From Octopus sinensis (Eukaryota): a DNA stretch of 64,000 nucleotides. Both the position numbers and the translations under genes were made by a program. Shown one piece after another: positions 1-11,350 of the stretch; positions within the stretch are counted from its first letter, which is position 1, and each line of letters begins with the position of its first letter. A model generated the notes under the pieces. That model was not told where the DNA came from. It made no database searches and saw only the letters and a program-made list of their open reading frames with translations. Where the stretch lies: positions 141,360,001 to 141,424,000 of the forward strand of contig NC_042998.1 of the NCBI RefSeq assembly GCF_006345805.1, in the 5' to 3' direction.

Positions 1-1979
1 TTAGACCAGAACGAGAGGAAAATAGTGAACGCTGGGAGAAATTTTTTTTTTGATAAGAGAAAAGATAGAAGAGAGAGAGAGAGAAAATACGTCTAGTCTT
101 TTAAACGTCCGTGCAGGGAAAAGAAAGATGGTCATGTGAAGAAAAGAAAGATGGACAATGGTCACGTGTGAGCAATGAGAGAAAGTAAAAGAGAAAAAGA
201 GGAGAGAGGCGGGTGAAGGGGAGAAAAGGGAATTAGAGAAGGATGGTGGAAGAAAACAGTATAGAGTGGAGTCGCATCAAAAAGGTTAATAAACTTACTT
301 GGAAATGGATGTGTAGTGTTCAATTAAATAATAATATAAATGATATTATATATGAGTGTGCCTGTGTGTATATATATATATGCATATATAGGTACAGGAC
401 GTCTCACACACACACACACACTTGTTCGGTTGTTGTGACCTACAGCCACATTGTATTATTTGTTCCTTTCTTATGGGCAGAATCGATACAGCTGATATAT
501 AGTAAACTGGATTATTGGCGTAATGGAGGTTATTGTTCGTTTAAAAGTGAAGGCGAGTGGGGGGGTAGGGGGTACTATTTGCATTGGCTTGCATGAAACT
601 GCTTTCTGTTCTTCAGAAGGATCACAAACTATGTATTGTTTCATCGTATAATAGGGGGGTTAATGCGATTTTGCCCAGAAATCACGTTTTCAAAATTTTA
701 ATATATCCCCAACCCCGCTGCAATTTCTTAATTTGTAACTTTTTCCGAATTTTTTTTATCGACGTAGAATAGAGAGATTACGAATTTGGAAATTTTTTTC
801 TTAGTTTGATTTTTCCTCCCATCACCTACCCGCTTTCAAAAAGCTAAAGCTTCCTAATATCTCACTTTCGTTTGATGTTTCACGCATATGTAATAGTTGA
901 CGTAAAAAATACCAGACCACCACCAGAAAACTTGATTTGCAAGAAACAACAGGTAAACGACATAATTTTTGAAGAAACTTCCTCGCTTTCCAAAATGCTA
1001 AAAGTAAAACACTGGAAGTTTGTGGCTTTTTCAAAGTAGTGAAGTGATGGTTGGATGTTTGGGAAAGAGATTTTAGTGTTTCTTTAAGAAAAAAAGGAAG
1101 AAAAAAATTCTTAAAGATTCATAATCACTGTCTTTTTCTACGTAGATTACCAAACAAATTTGGAAAAAAGTAAACAATGAAGCAATTGGAGTGGGGAGGG
1201 AGAAAATGAAATGTTGAGAACGTGTTTTGGGGGCTAAATCCTAACCTCCTGTGTCGAAAACATAGGAATCAGAAGAATTTTAGGAAAAAAATAAGGTGGG
1301 TGTGCAAATGTCACTTCGGACATGCTAGAAACAATAGGTAAAGGACAGGATTTCTGGAAAAACTTCCTTTTAATGCAGCTCTATCAAATCACCCTTACTC
1401 ATATATCTCACATTTATTCACTCCTTACCTTCTCATCTCTTCCTATCTCTTCCCCACTCCTCTCCCACCCTTCCCTCACATTATCTTGACCACCAACTAA
1501 CACTCCTTTTCTCTCTTCTTTCACCCTTTCTTCACTTTTTCACTCTTCATTTTTCTCTTTTTTCTCTCTCTTCCTTCCTCTCATTTTTCTTCCTGTTTTC
1601 ATTTTAACCCATCTCCTCATTCTAATCATACGCATCTCTCTACTCCCATCTACCCACAAATACTACCAATACATTCTCAAATTTTTATTCACACCACAAG
1701 GCACTTTCAAATGAGCAACTCAGAATCCACGGCTCCATATTTTAAAATGACTGAACATGAACTACTACTGGAACTTACATCCATCTACAGGAAACTTATT
1801 TACCACTTCTATACACCATTTTCCTCGAATAATGGAACTGCAACTACAATATCTATATTTATTTTATATTGTATTTCTACCTTCATTCTCTTATTTCTCT
1901 CTATATTCCCTATTACCTCCCTTTCCATAATTCCTTATTTCGAATTCAAATATTTACCTCTATTTAACCATCTCACATC

Positions 1980-2027
1980 GTCTTTGATGAAGGGATATCC
2001 ATAATATCCCAGAAACAGCTGCAAGAC
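1980..2027 (+). ncRNA. Degenerate type I hammerhead ribozyme motif (Penelope-type)
   Basis: GTCT-TTGATGA-a-GGGATAT(ccata)ATATCCC-a-GAAA-CAGCTG-C-A-AGAC. Helix I GTCT/AGAC, 7-bp helix II and palindromic helix III are present; the core has C3>U and U16.1>C. Confidence 0.6.
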
Positions 2028-2209
2028 TATATCTATATCTTTTTCCTTATAATTGTCCTGAAAAATATGCTACTACACGACCCACATTAAACTCTTCACT
2101 CGTATCACTATCAAACCAAGAGTTTAACTTCAGTCTGTCCATAGCACTTACTTAGTGTTACCAGCCACTCCTTGGGTCTTCTAGATACCAATACCTTTTA
2201 TACCATATG

Positions 2210-2435
2210 GATATATATATTTATTTATCTCTATATACATATATATAATACCTATATATAATACACATATATATATAATACCTATATATAATATATACAT
2301 ACATATATATATATATATATAATACGTACACAAACACACGTACGTATCCATGCTCATGCTCGCACGCGCACACGCGCACACGCGCACACGCGCACACGCG
2401 CACACGCGCACACGCGCACACACACGCACACACAT

Positions 2436-2475
<40 letters not shown>
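2210..2475. repeat. Compound microsatellite: (TA)n, (CGCGCACA)n, (CA)n
   Basis: Read directly from sequence. Confidence 0.95.
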
Positions 2476-2477
<2 letters not shown>

Positions 2478-2808
2478 GTCTTCTTTATTGTTGGTATCGT
2501 TGCTGGTGGCCCTTCTTCCTCGATTAGTCAGTTGTGAATACTTTTTGCATTGAATATTGAAAATGTTCAAATGTTAATGGTCTGTTATCGATTAGTGAAA
2601 TGATAACAACAACGGCAGTACTGGAACGGTCGATAAACATTGGATTGGACTGAATCAAACGCCACACGATTTAATAACCAAGCAGAAAGGTACCAATTCT
2701 TCATAATAGGATGACAACTTAGTTATTATATAACCTTCTTCTGGTAAATTAAATAATGCCAGGAATTGCAGAATAGGCTGTCAGGGTAATATCTAAACTC
2801 ATCCTCGA

Positions 2809-2822
2809 CATCGTCGTCGTCG

Positions 2823-2883
<61 letters not shown>

Positions 2884-3090
2884 TTAGCGTTTGCATGGGT
2901 CAGACGGAATTTCTTGAGGCAGAATTTCTGCAACTAGATATCCTTGTCGCTAATCCTCAACTGATTCCGAAAAGGTAATATGCCTCCATGAACAGGTGGC
3001 ATATTCCTACGGAAGATTTGAAGCAAAGGACAGCGCTTGCGTGATAGTGGTTCTCATTTACTACTACTACGACATAATGCAAAAAATAAC
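2809..3090 (-). mobile_element. SINE/LINE-tail repeat ending in a (GAT)n tail, seen as (CAT)n at 2823-2883
   Basis: Long (CAT)n run joined to a motif (gcatgggtcagacggaatt...gaggcagaattt) that recurs elsewhere in the window, e.g. about 17640-17700 and 51800-51860. Confidence 0.6.
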
Positions 3091-3348
3091 ACACACACAT
3101 TCATATATATATATATATAATTATATATATATATATCTATATATATACTATATATATATATATATATATGATATATATTGGGAGAATTCACAAAAAAACA
3201 TAAGACGAAGACAGGTGGTGTAGACAACAAACAGATGAATTAGTTTAACGCTCGGGAAGTGAAAATGTCTTTAATGTTTCGAGCCTACGCTCTTCCACAG
3301 AAAGGAACACAGAAAGAAACAAGGAGAGAAAATAAAGAATGTGCAGTG

Positions 3349-3374
<26 letters not shown>

Positions 3375-3382
<8 letters not shown>

Positions 3383-4505
3383 ATATAAAATAAATATAAG
3401 AGAGTGGTCACTATATGGCTCACTCTAGCACCAGTTAATCCAAAAGGTTTCAACCACAAAAATACATGTTTCCCATGAAAGTCAGTACGATTGTTAGCTC
3501 ACACGGACAGGGCAAATAAAATAACAAAACTACAGATTATTTTGGGACAATTGTTTCGCTATTAATGAATTAAATGTAATTACTTACAAAAAAAATCCAC
3601 TTGTAGCTCGTCAGCCAAAACTATCTGGATGAAATCCACTCAATCACACGCCAGATTTTACCATAACGATAACTACGCGTGTGGTTCAATTGATTACATC
3701 CGACGTTATATTCAAATGCATGCCCCAACTAACAGCGCGCCAAAACTTTCACGGAAAACAAATACAGCATTTAGAAATAAATGCAGCATAATTATAATTA
3801 ATTAATAAGGGTGAGAGAATTAGATACTAATTTAATAGTAAATCTTTCAACACCAAGTGGCCTAGTGCTCCGAGAAACTGGATTATTATAATATTTTATA
3901 ATATATTATAATATTTCAAAATAAATATAAGAGAGTGGTCACTATATGGCTCACTCTGCACCAGTTAATCCAAAAGGTTTCAACCACAAAAATACATGTT
4001 TCCCATGAAAGTCAGTACGATTGTTAGCTCACCGGACAGGGCAAATAAAAAATAACAAAAATACAGATTATTTTGGGACAATTGTTTCGCTATTAATGAT
4101 TAAATGTAATTTTCTTACAAAAAAATCCACTTGTAGCTCGTAGCCAAAACTATCTGGATGAAATCCACTCAATCACACGCCAGATTTTACCATAACGATA
4201 ACTACGCGTGTGGTCAATTGATTACATCCGACGTTATAATTCAAATGCCCCAACTAACAGTCCGTGTAAGCTAACAATCGTACTGACTTTCATGGGAAAC
4301 ATGTATTTTTGTGTTGAAACCTTTTGGATTAACTGGTGCTAGAGTGAGCCATATAGTGACCACTCTTTATATTTATTTTGTAAAAATATTATATATATTA
4401 TAAAATATTATAATAATCCAGGTTTCTCGGAGCACTAGGCCACTTGGTGTTGAATAGATATACTATTAAATTAGTATCTAATTCTCTCACCCTTATTAAT
4501 TATTT
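3375..4505. repeat. Local ~545-bp tandem duplication followed by an inverted partial copy
   Basis: 3375-3920 is repeated at 3918-4260. 4261-4505 is the reverse complement of about 3815-4035. The copies differ mainly by 1-bp indels. Confidence 0.9.
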
Positions 4506-4512
4506 ATATATA

Positions 4513-4582
<70 letters not shown>

Positions 4583-4585
<3 letters not shown>

Positions 4586-4950
4586 TTGTACTCTGTTCTT
4601 TCGTTGTTTGAAAAAAAGTCCGTTTTCATGTTTTTGTTTTTATGTTTTCGTTTCTCATTATGTTCAACGTCTTTTTGGTGTCCTGTACCCATATATACAT
4701 GTATATATACATATAGATGTAGGTATGTAGATATATGTATGTATATATACTCTTTTGCTCTTTTACTTGTTTCAGTCATTTGACTGCGGCCATGCTGGAG
4801 CACCGCCTTTAATCGAGCAACTCGACCCCGGGACTTATTCTTTTGTAAGCCCAGTACTTATCCTATCGGTCTCTTTTACCGAACCGCTAAGTAACGGGGA
4901 CATAAACACACCAGCATCGGTTGTCAAGCAATGCTAGGGGGACAACACAG
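4583..4950 (-). mobile_element. Composite repeat: unclassified fragment plus SINE 3' part (copy 1)
   Basis: Near-identical to 5770-6140. Includes the abundant motif tcttttacttgtttcagtcatttgactgcggccatgctggagcaccgcc. Confidence 0.8.
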
Positions 4951-4957
4951 ACACACA

Positions 4958-5014
<57 letters not shown>

Positions 5015-5031
5015 ATAATATATATATATAT

Positions 5032-5076
<45 letters not shown>

Positions 5077-5769
5077 CATACATGATGGGTTTCTTTCAGT
5101 TTCCATCCAACAAAATCATTCACAGGGATTTGGTTTGCCCGGAGCAGTTGCAAAAAGTATTTGCTCAAGGTTCTACAACGAGTTTCCACACAGTTTCAGC
5201 CAACTAAATTCATTCACTAGGTAGGAGACACCTGCCAAAGTTGCTATGCAGAGGGATTAAACGTAAAAACCACGTGCCTGCAAAGCGGTTTCCTTTATCA
5301 CTCATTCATAGTGAGTGGTATTAATGGCACAGGTAAAAGTGGCACAAATGTAAAAAAATTCTTAATGGGACAATAAGCTTACTGAAATATACACTATTGG
5401 CAAAAGAAGTAGAATAATGTTTTTACGTATGTATGTATATGTTTATATGATACTATGCATATAGTTACCAATGCGTTCAAAATAATTTTTCCATCATCTC
5501 GGCATAATAGCCCCCATCGTTTGTTTTTACTGTGTTATTCTCCTTGTCCTGTCTTTTACTGTTTTTATTTGCATTGGTTTTACTGTCTTGTTTTGTTTTT
5601 ACTGTCTTGTTCTTGTTACCACTTTTACCCCTCTGCAAAAAATCCCAAATTTTATTTGATTTGCTTTGCGGGAATGACTGTTTCAACGAAGTCGCATCTT
5701 GTCCTTACCTTCAAAACGCGGAGTAGCCGAAACAGGGACAGCTGAAGAAGGGGAATATTCCTTGTGTTG

Positions 5770-6140
5770 TATGTCTTGTACTCTGTTCTTTCGTTGTTTG
5801 AAAAAAAGTCCGTTTTCATCTTTTTGCTTTTATGTTTTCGTTTCTCATTGTGTTCAACGTCTTTTTGGTATCCTGTACCCATGTATGCATGTATATATAC
5901 ATATAGATGTAGGTATGTAGATATATGTATGTATATATACTCTTTTACTCTTTTACTTGTTTCAGTCATTTGACTGCGGTCATGCTGGAGCACCGCCTTT
6001 AATCGAGCAACTCGACCCCGGGACTTATTCTTTTGTAAGCCCAGTACTTATTCTATCGGTCTCTTTTGCCGAACCGCTAAGTAACGGGGACATAAACACA
6101 CCAGCATCAGTTGTCAAGCAATGCTAGGGGGACAAACACA
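5770..6140 (-). mobile_element. Composite repeat: unclassified fragment plus SINE 3' part (copy 2)
   Basis: Same junction and spacer as 4583-4950, and it extends further left (to about 5460). Confidence 0.8.
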
Positions 6141-6158
6141 GACACACAAACACACACA

Positions 6159-6204
<46 letters not shown>

Positions 6205-6221
6205 TATATTACATATATACG

Positions 6222-6385
6222 GCGGGATTCTTCAGTTTCCGTCTACCTAATCCACTCACAAGGCTTTGGTCGGCCCGAGGCTATAGTAGAAGACACTTGC
6301 CCAAGGTGACACGCAGTGGGACTGAACCCGGAACCATGTGGTTGGTAAACAAGCTACTTACCACACAGCCACTCCTGCGCCTATG
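6222..6385 (-). mobile_element. tRNA-derived SINE head with core motif ccttgggcaagtgtc
   Basis: Reverse complement reads gtggctgtgtggtaagtagcttg...ggttccgggttcagtcccactgcg (A/B-box-like). Many paralogues in the window, e.g. 17975-18130, 44570-44680, 50500-50660. Confidence 0.8.
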
Positions 6386-6584
6386 CATATGTTTATATAT
6401 TATTTTGTTATCATATGATCGAACGCCACGCATCCACTTCCAAGTTTTATCTATCTATCTATCTATCTACCTATCTATCTATCTATCTATCTATATATAT
6501 ATAGATATATATATATATATATATATATATCCCTATCTATCTATCAATCTATATATATATATATCATGCAGTGATCCGTGTAGG

Positions 6585-7175
6585 TGAGTTTAAAAATCGC
6601 TATGCCAATCATCTACCCTCCTTCCGACATAGGGACAAAAGTAAAGCTAGCTACGTATGGACTTTGATGGATAACGAAATACCGCAGGGATTAAATGGAA
6701 AGTAACTGAGAAATCTACACCTTATGTGATTGGATCGAATAAATGTAGACTTTGTTTGGCGAAAGAGAGTAGATCCTGTTCAGATTCCTAACGCTCTATT
6801 GAACTCCAGGTCAGAAATTTTCAGTGGTTGCATGCATACGTATAAATATATTTTGAAGAATTGGAAAATTCCGCCTATTCCTGACTGACTCGATATCTTT
6901 CCATCTTTACCATTTAAGGTCTGATGGCTCTTATACCATTTTACTTTTTAATTTTGACATTTTAGTTTCTGTTTTTCGGTTTTCGTTTTCCGTTTTTCGT
7001 TTTCCGTTGTTTACTGTCGGCATTTTCTATATGCTGCTTTCTCAGATTTTTCGCGTTTCTTTTATTACTCAAATTTCTTCAGTTCGTTATGATAGGTGGT
7101 TTGCACCTGAAGAATATGTGTGAGCGTTCTCAACATATGAAACTATTAGTAGCGCTTTAATACATGTATTGTGAC
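6585..7175 (+). mobile_element. Penelope-like element 3' end: GIY-YIG endonuclease C-terminal remnant plus pLTR-like tail
   Basis: Frameshifted translation EFKNRYANHLPSFRH..YVWTL..IKWKV..PY..GSNKCRLCL..LNSRSEIFSGCMH matches the conserved C-terminal part of Penelope GIY-YIG endonucleases. A hammerhead motif follows. Confidence 0.8.
7103..7155 (+). ncRNA. Near-intact minimal type I hammerhead ribozyme
   Basis: GCAC-CTGAAGA(7107-7113)-ATATGT g TGAG(cgtt)CTCA ACATAT-GAAA(7139-7142)-CTA t TAG-T-A(7151)-GCGC. All core nucleotides are present, with predicted GUA cleavage. Helix I has one mismatch. Confidence 0.75.
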
Positions 7176-7636
7176 CTTTAAATATATATATATATATATT
7201 ATATATATATATATATATATTGTTGTTACAACATATAATACAAATACGAAAATGGAGAAACAATTTAGCTTGTTCATCAACTTTCGGATATTAGAATGTT
7301 GAATTATTTATTCATTTAACAAAATGAGAACCTTAATAGCATACATACACCTTATAATTCAATACATATAAGATAAGAATACAAATTATGAAAAACATAA
7401 TATAAACTATTGACAATACATGTACGTATGTATTATATTTTTCCGGATGAAAATACTTCTTCCGTTTAGGGCATTATTCCCTAGGTTTCCAAGGTTTTTT
7501 TAAAAATCATACTTTATTTAAGGGATTCCTTTCATTTCCGTATGAATATATATAAATAAAAATCATTAGAAAAATCATTTCATTAGAGAGAGTTCAATAA
7601 ATGTCATCAAATAAATGGAACAGGTTTTGATGCTAA

Positions 7637-8484
7637 TGTAAGGAATATGAACACACGTGGTCGCATTGTGTAGGGAATACGATCGCACGTGGTCATATTC
7701 TTAACGAATTATTACAAGCCATAAATACATGCAGTAACGACAGAATATAGATGAATTGACGACAAAGCCGTTCCACTGTTTGAGAGAAGATTTTATTTTA
7801 TTTACAATTGGTGTTAAGGTTAGAAGGTTGTGAGTGCTAGCAAGTGCGTGTGTGCATGTGTGCATGCAACACGTGTTTGTGTCTGTGTGTTCGTGTGTGT
7901 GACAGATACAATCAGGGTGAATGCGTGTGGCATAGAAAAGTACAGAGCATAGGGTTAATGATGGAAATTGATTTACTGTTCAGGAGGTACACGAAGTGTA
8001 AGAGTTCAATATCAGGATGTTGAAAACGACTTGAAGTTGATACATGATGGAAGAGACGGCGAAGATAGTAGGCTTTCTGTGGTGAGTGTACATTAGCGTC
8101 GTAGCTAGTGGTAGCAGGAACAATCGTATATCGCTTGGTTGAGTAGCGCTGTGGTCTAAACTTAGTTATTAGAAGAACTGGAACCAAAGACAAAATGTGT
8201 CTGAAAATACTCATTTATATACCGGTTGGGTGGCTCAAACGGGCCTCAGAAATGGAATCTTAACCAAAGGTCGTGATTGGTTGTTTCGGGACAGTGGCGC
8301 GAAAATAAGTGGAGACAAATCGCGTCACGTGTCAACCAATCAGGTTAGTGTTTACAACAGGAACAAGTTGGCCAAAGATGGCTGTAACCTCAAACGAGAT
8401 CATTTCTGCCTTGCCTTTCAAATAGTGAAGATATTAGAAATCGCTATAGTCATATTTCAAAATGGCTGAAACTGCCACGCTACA
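7637..8484 (-). repeat. Complete 3' LTR (848 bp)
   Basis: Minus strand TGTAGCGTGG...CCTTACA. 8041-8484 matches 11347-11794, and 7637-7672 matches (reverse complement) 10420-10454. Confidence 0.9.
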
Positions 8485-8497
8485 TCAGCCTCTCGCC
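8485..8497 (-). promoter_or_regulatory. Polypurine tract (candidate)
   Basis: GGCGAGAGGCTGA directly abuts the 3' LTR start on the minus strand. Confidence 0.55.
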
Positions 8498-8798
8498 AGA
8501 AAAATTGTTACAATTTTGCGAAGGAAATTCGTTATACATATATATTTTCTTTTATTTTTTTTTTACAAATGCATTTACAAGTTTAAAACATATGAACTTA
8601 GTCTTTCCAATACGGCTTACGTTTATCATGTTCGTACATTATTCCTCTCCTTTCGCTGAAAAAAAATAATGTTTTTTTTCTTTTTTCTTTTTATATAATC
8701 CATGAATAAAATCATAAAAAAAATTTTTTTTTTTTTTTATATAAAATTCTCAAACAAACTGAGAAAGTTTTCTTGGGAAATGGACAGTTCTACCACTT

Positions 8799-9834
8799 CT
8801 AGTTTTTTTTTTTATTTGTAGGTAACTTTAGAATTGATTTTGTTTTTCCATCAACATCGGATTTGTTTCCTTGACTGTCACTTGTTTTCACGTTATGTTG
8901 ATGTGTGTTGCTCATATCAGCGTTTTCATGACATGGATATTGGTCGAAATAAGCTTTTTTTACTCTGTCGACACTGACATTTTCTTTCTTTCCATTCATT
9001 TCCAAAGTCATAGTTTTGTCTGTAACTGATAAGACTTTAAAAGGTCCGGTGTATTTATATCTCAGTGAATTATGAGCTGCATCGTTACGGACATACACAT
9101 GTGTCCAAGATTTTATATCAGAAGGAAGAAAGCTTTTAACATTTTGCAATTTTCTTGTACAAGAAGGAATATCCGTAAGAAATCTTTTTAGACGAGTTAC
9201 ATAATCATTAACATCTCCATTGAAAATATTAGTTTCCTCGAACATTTGAGCAGGTAGAGTTAATGTTGTTCCGTACAATAGTTCAGCCGGAGAATACTGT
9301 ATAGTTTCCTTAACCGCACTTCTAATTCCCAACAATACCACTGGCAAAGCCTGCAGCCAATCGTTAGAATAAGAATAAGTTCTTAATGAAGCTTTCAACT
9401 GTCTATGGAATCTTTCTACCATTCCGTTAGATTGTGGGTGATATGAAGTTGTACGAATTCTATTAATCCCCAACAATTTATTGAATTCTGCGAACAAGCT
9501 AGACTCAAATTGTCTACCACGATCTGTTGTCACTGCATTTGGGATGCCAAATCTAGACATCCAATTGGTAAACAAGGTTTTTGCTATAGTTACTACAGAT
9601 ACATCTTTTATCGGATAAGCCTCGGGCCATCTCGAAAAACGATCGACACACGTCAACAAATACATATTATCCTCGCATGGAGATAAGGGTCCCACTATAT
9701 CGATGTGGATATGTTGGAATCTCGCATCCGGATTTGCAAATGTACCTAATGGTTCTTTGATATGACGTTGTACTTTGGATTTCTGACATTGCATACATGA
9801 CTTTACCCATGAACGAATATCCTTATTCGCATTA
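8799..9834 (-). CDS. Gypsy integrase, N-terminally truncated (second half of the HHCC finger, DDE core, C-terminal domain)
   Basis: NKDIRSWVKSCMQCQK, HIHIDIVGPL, VTTDRGRQFES, YHPQSNGMVERFHRQLK, YTGPFKV. Open to a stop at 8799. Confidence 0.93.
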
Positions 9835-10425
9835 AACCCTGTGCGTTTGATTTCCTAGCTAAGAAAAAAGGGAAATTCGGAAAACTTCTAAACCATAGAT
9901 TGGATGCGACGAAATCTGTGGATAATATTATAAAAAGTCGCGTGTTTTTCGTCTATGACTTAAACTCGAAAGAAAGATTTCTCGTGGATACAGGAACAGC
10001 GTGTTCAATATGGCCTGTAAGGCTTTTAAAACAAAAAACCAAACCTGTGTATATGACTCTTCAAGCAGTGAATAGTCTGAAATCCAAACATTTGGAGAGA
10101 TTAGCTTAACGCTCAATATAAATTTACGAAGAGACTACAAATGGATCTTCATAGTAGCGGATTTGCCATATCCAATATTAGGAGCGGATTTTTTGGCGCA
10201 CTATCATTTAATGGTAGATGTTAACAAACAAAAATTAATAGACACACAAACGTCATTAAAAATTCAGGGAATGAGATGCAGAAAGGCAACAATTAGTCCA
10301 CTATATTTCATAGCGTCTTCAGGAAATAGATACCACAAGATTTTGAAAAATTATCCAAAAATCACAAAACAGTTAGCTCTAAATACTACGTGTGCGCATT
10401 CGGTAGAACATCACATCGTTACACA
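9829..10425 (+). pseudogene. Gag C-terminal tail plus aspartic protease plus pre-RT linker, inverted relative to the element
   Basis: IKPCAF..., FLVDTGTACS (DTG active site), PILGADFLAH, HSVEHHIVT. One frameshift near 10078. Confidence 0.9.
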
Positions 10426-10455
10426 AGCGACCACGTGCGTTCATATTGCTTACAC

Positions 10456-10469
10456 TGGTGACCCGAACG
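10456..10469 (+). promoter_or_regulatory. Primer-binding site, tRNA-Trp-like
   Basis: TGGTGACCCGAACG lies 1 nt after the LTR end ...CTTACA (10454). It resembles the complement of the eukaryotic tRNA-Trp 3' end (TGGTGACCCCGACG). Confidence 0.65.
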
Positions 10470-10614
10470 TTTTCAAATACGCAGCCATTCGTATATACTA
10501 CGCAGACAGTAATAAGCATAAGTTACGGAATTATTGACACAAGAGAACGCTGAAGAAGAAACCTTTTAAGAAAAACGAAAAAACAAAAAAAAAATATATA
10601 TATTCACAAATATA

Positions 10615-11350
10615 ATGGAGCAGAAAAACAGAATTCGAGGCATCATACATCGACAGAAGTTACACACAAGCTTCTGTCAATGTATTGAATTGTCCTCCGT
10701 GGACTGGAGACACCGTAATTTGGTTGGCACAACTAGAGGCAAGCTTTAAAGCTAACAGAATAACAAATGAAGAACAGAAGTACAACATCATGCTTAGTAA
10801 TTTGCCTCCACCTCTAAGCAATGAAGTCAGGGATTTAATGCTGAACCCTATGGAACCAGTTTCGTATTCATCTATTAAAGAAGAAATATTGAAGCGTACG
10901 TCAAGTTCTAAGCAAAAAGAATTCGCAAAATTATTTAACAACGAAGAACTGGGTAGTAAAAAACCCACACAACTTCTACGAAGGATGAACGAACTTCTGG
11001 GGAACCAGCAAATAGAGGAATCGTACCTCAAAGAGGTATTTTTCAATAAGCTGCCGTATAAAACCCAAACTTTGCTCTCGGCCGTAAAAAAACAGAATTC
11101 AATTCAACAGTTGGCAGATTTAGCAGACGGTATTTTGGAGTTATCGTCCAAAGAAACTATTAGTGCGATTCCATCTATTTCGAGTGAAACACAAGAGTTA
11201 AAAAAATGTTACGAAAAACAATTCGACGTATTAACGAAGAAAATAGAGAGTTTGCAACTTGAGAGAAACAGTCGCTCCGATCAACAAAAAAATTCAAGAT
11301 GGCGCTGGAGGTCGAGGAGCCCTAGTTTGAAAAGAAACTATGTTGGTACA
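10615..11350 (+). pseudogene. Gypsy gag, inverted relative to the element
   Basis: ATG at 10615 with a 1-bp shift in an A-run, then CPPWTGD..IWLAQLEASF, KKPTQLLRRM, LADLAD, RSRSPS, and CWY after a second A-run shift. Truncated at the junction. Confidence 0.88.

Noticed and set aside
1711-2004. 97-aa + strand ORF
   Set aside because: Compositionally biased repeat sequence with no recognisable motif. The minus strand is full of stops, so I could not support an ORF1 remnant either.
2181-2570. ORFs rich in VC/YI/HT dipeptides (also at 4519-5189, 15702-16018 and similar sites)
   Set aside because: They are translations of (CA)n/(TA)n microsatellites and SINEs, with no protein-like content.
3270-3312. 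Minus-strand CTGTGGA-A-GAGC(gtag)GCTC-GAAAC hammerhead-like motif
   Set aside because: A6 of the core is absent and no helix III or cleavage triplet can be formed.
5725-5770. GAAAC...CTGAAGA plus hairpin
   Set aside because: The order and spacing fit no hammerhead topology, and no GAAA follows the hairpin.
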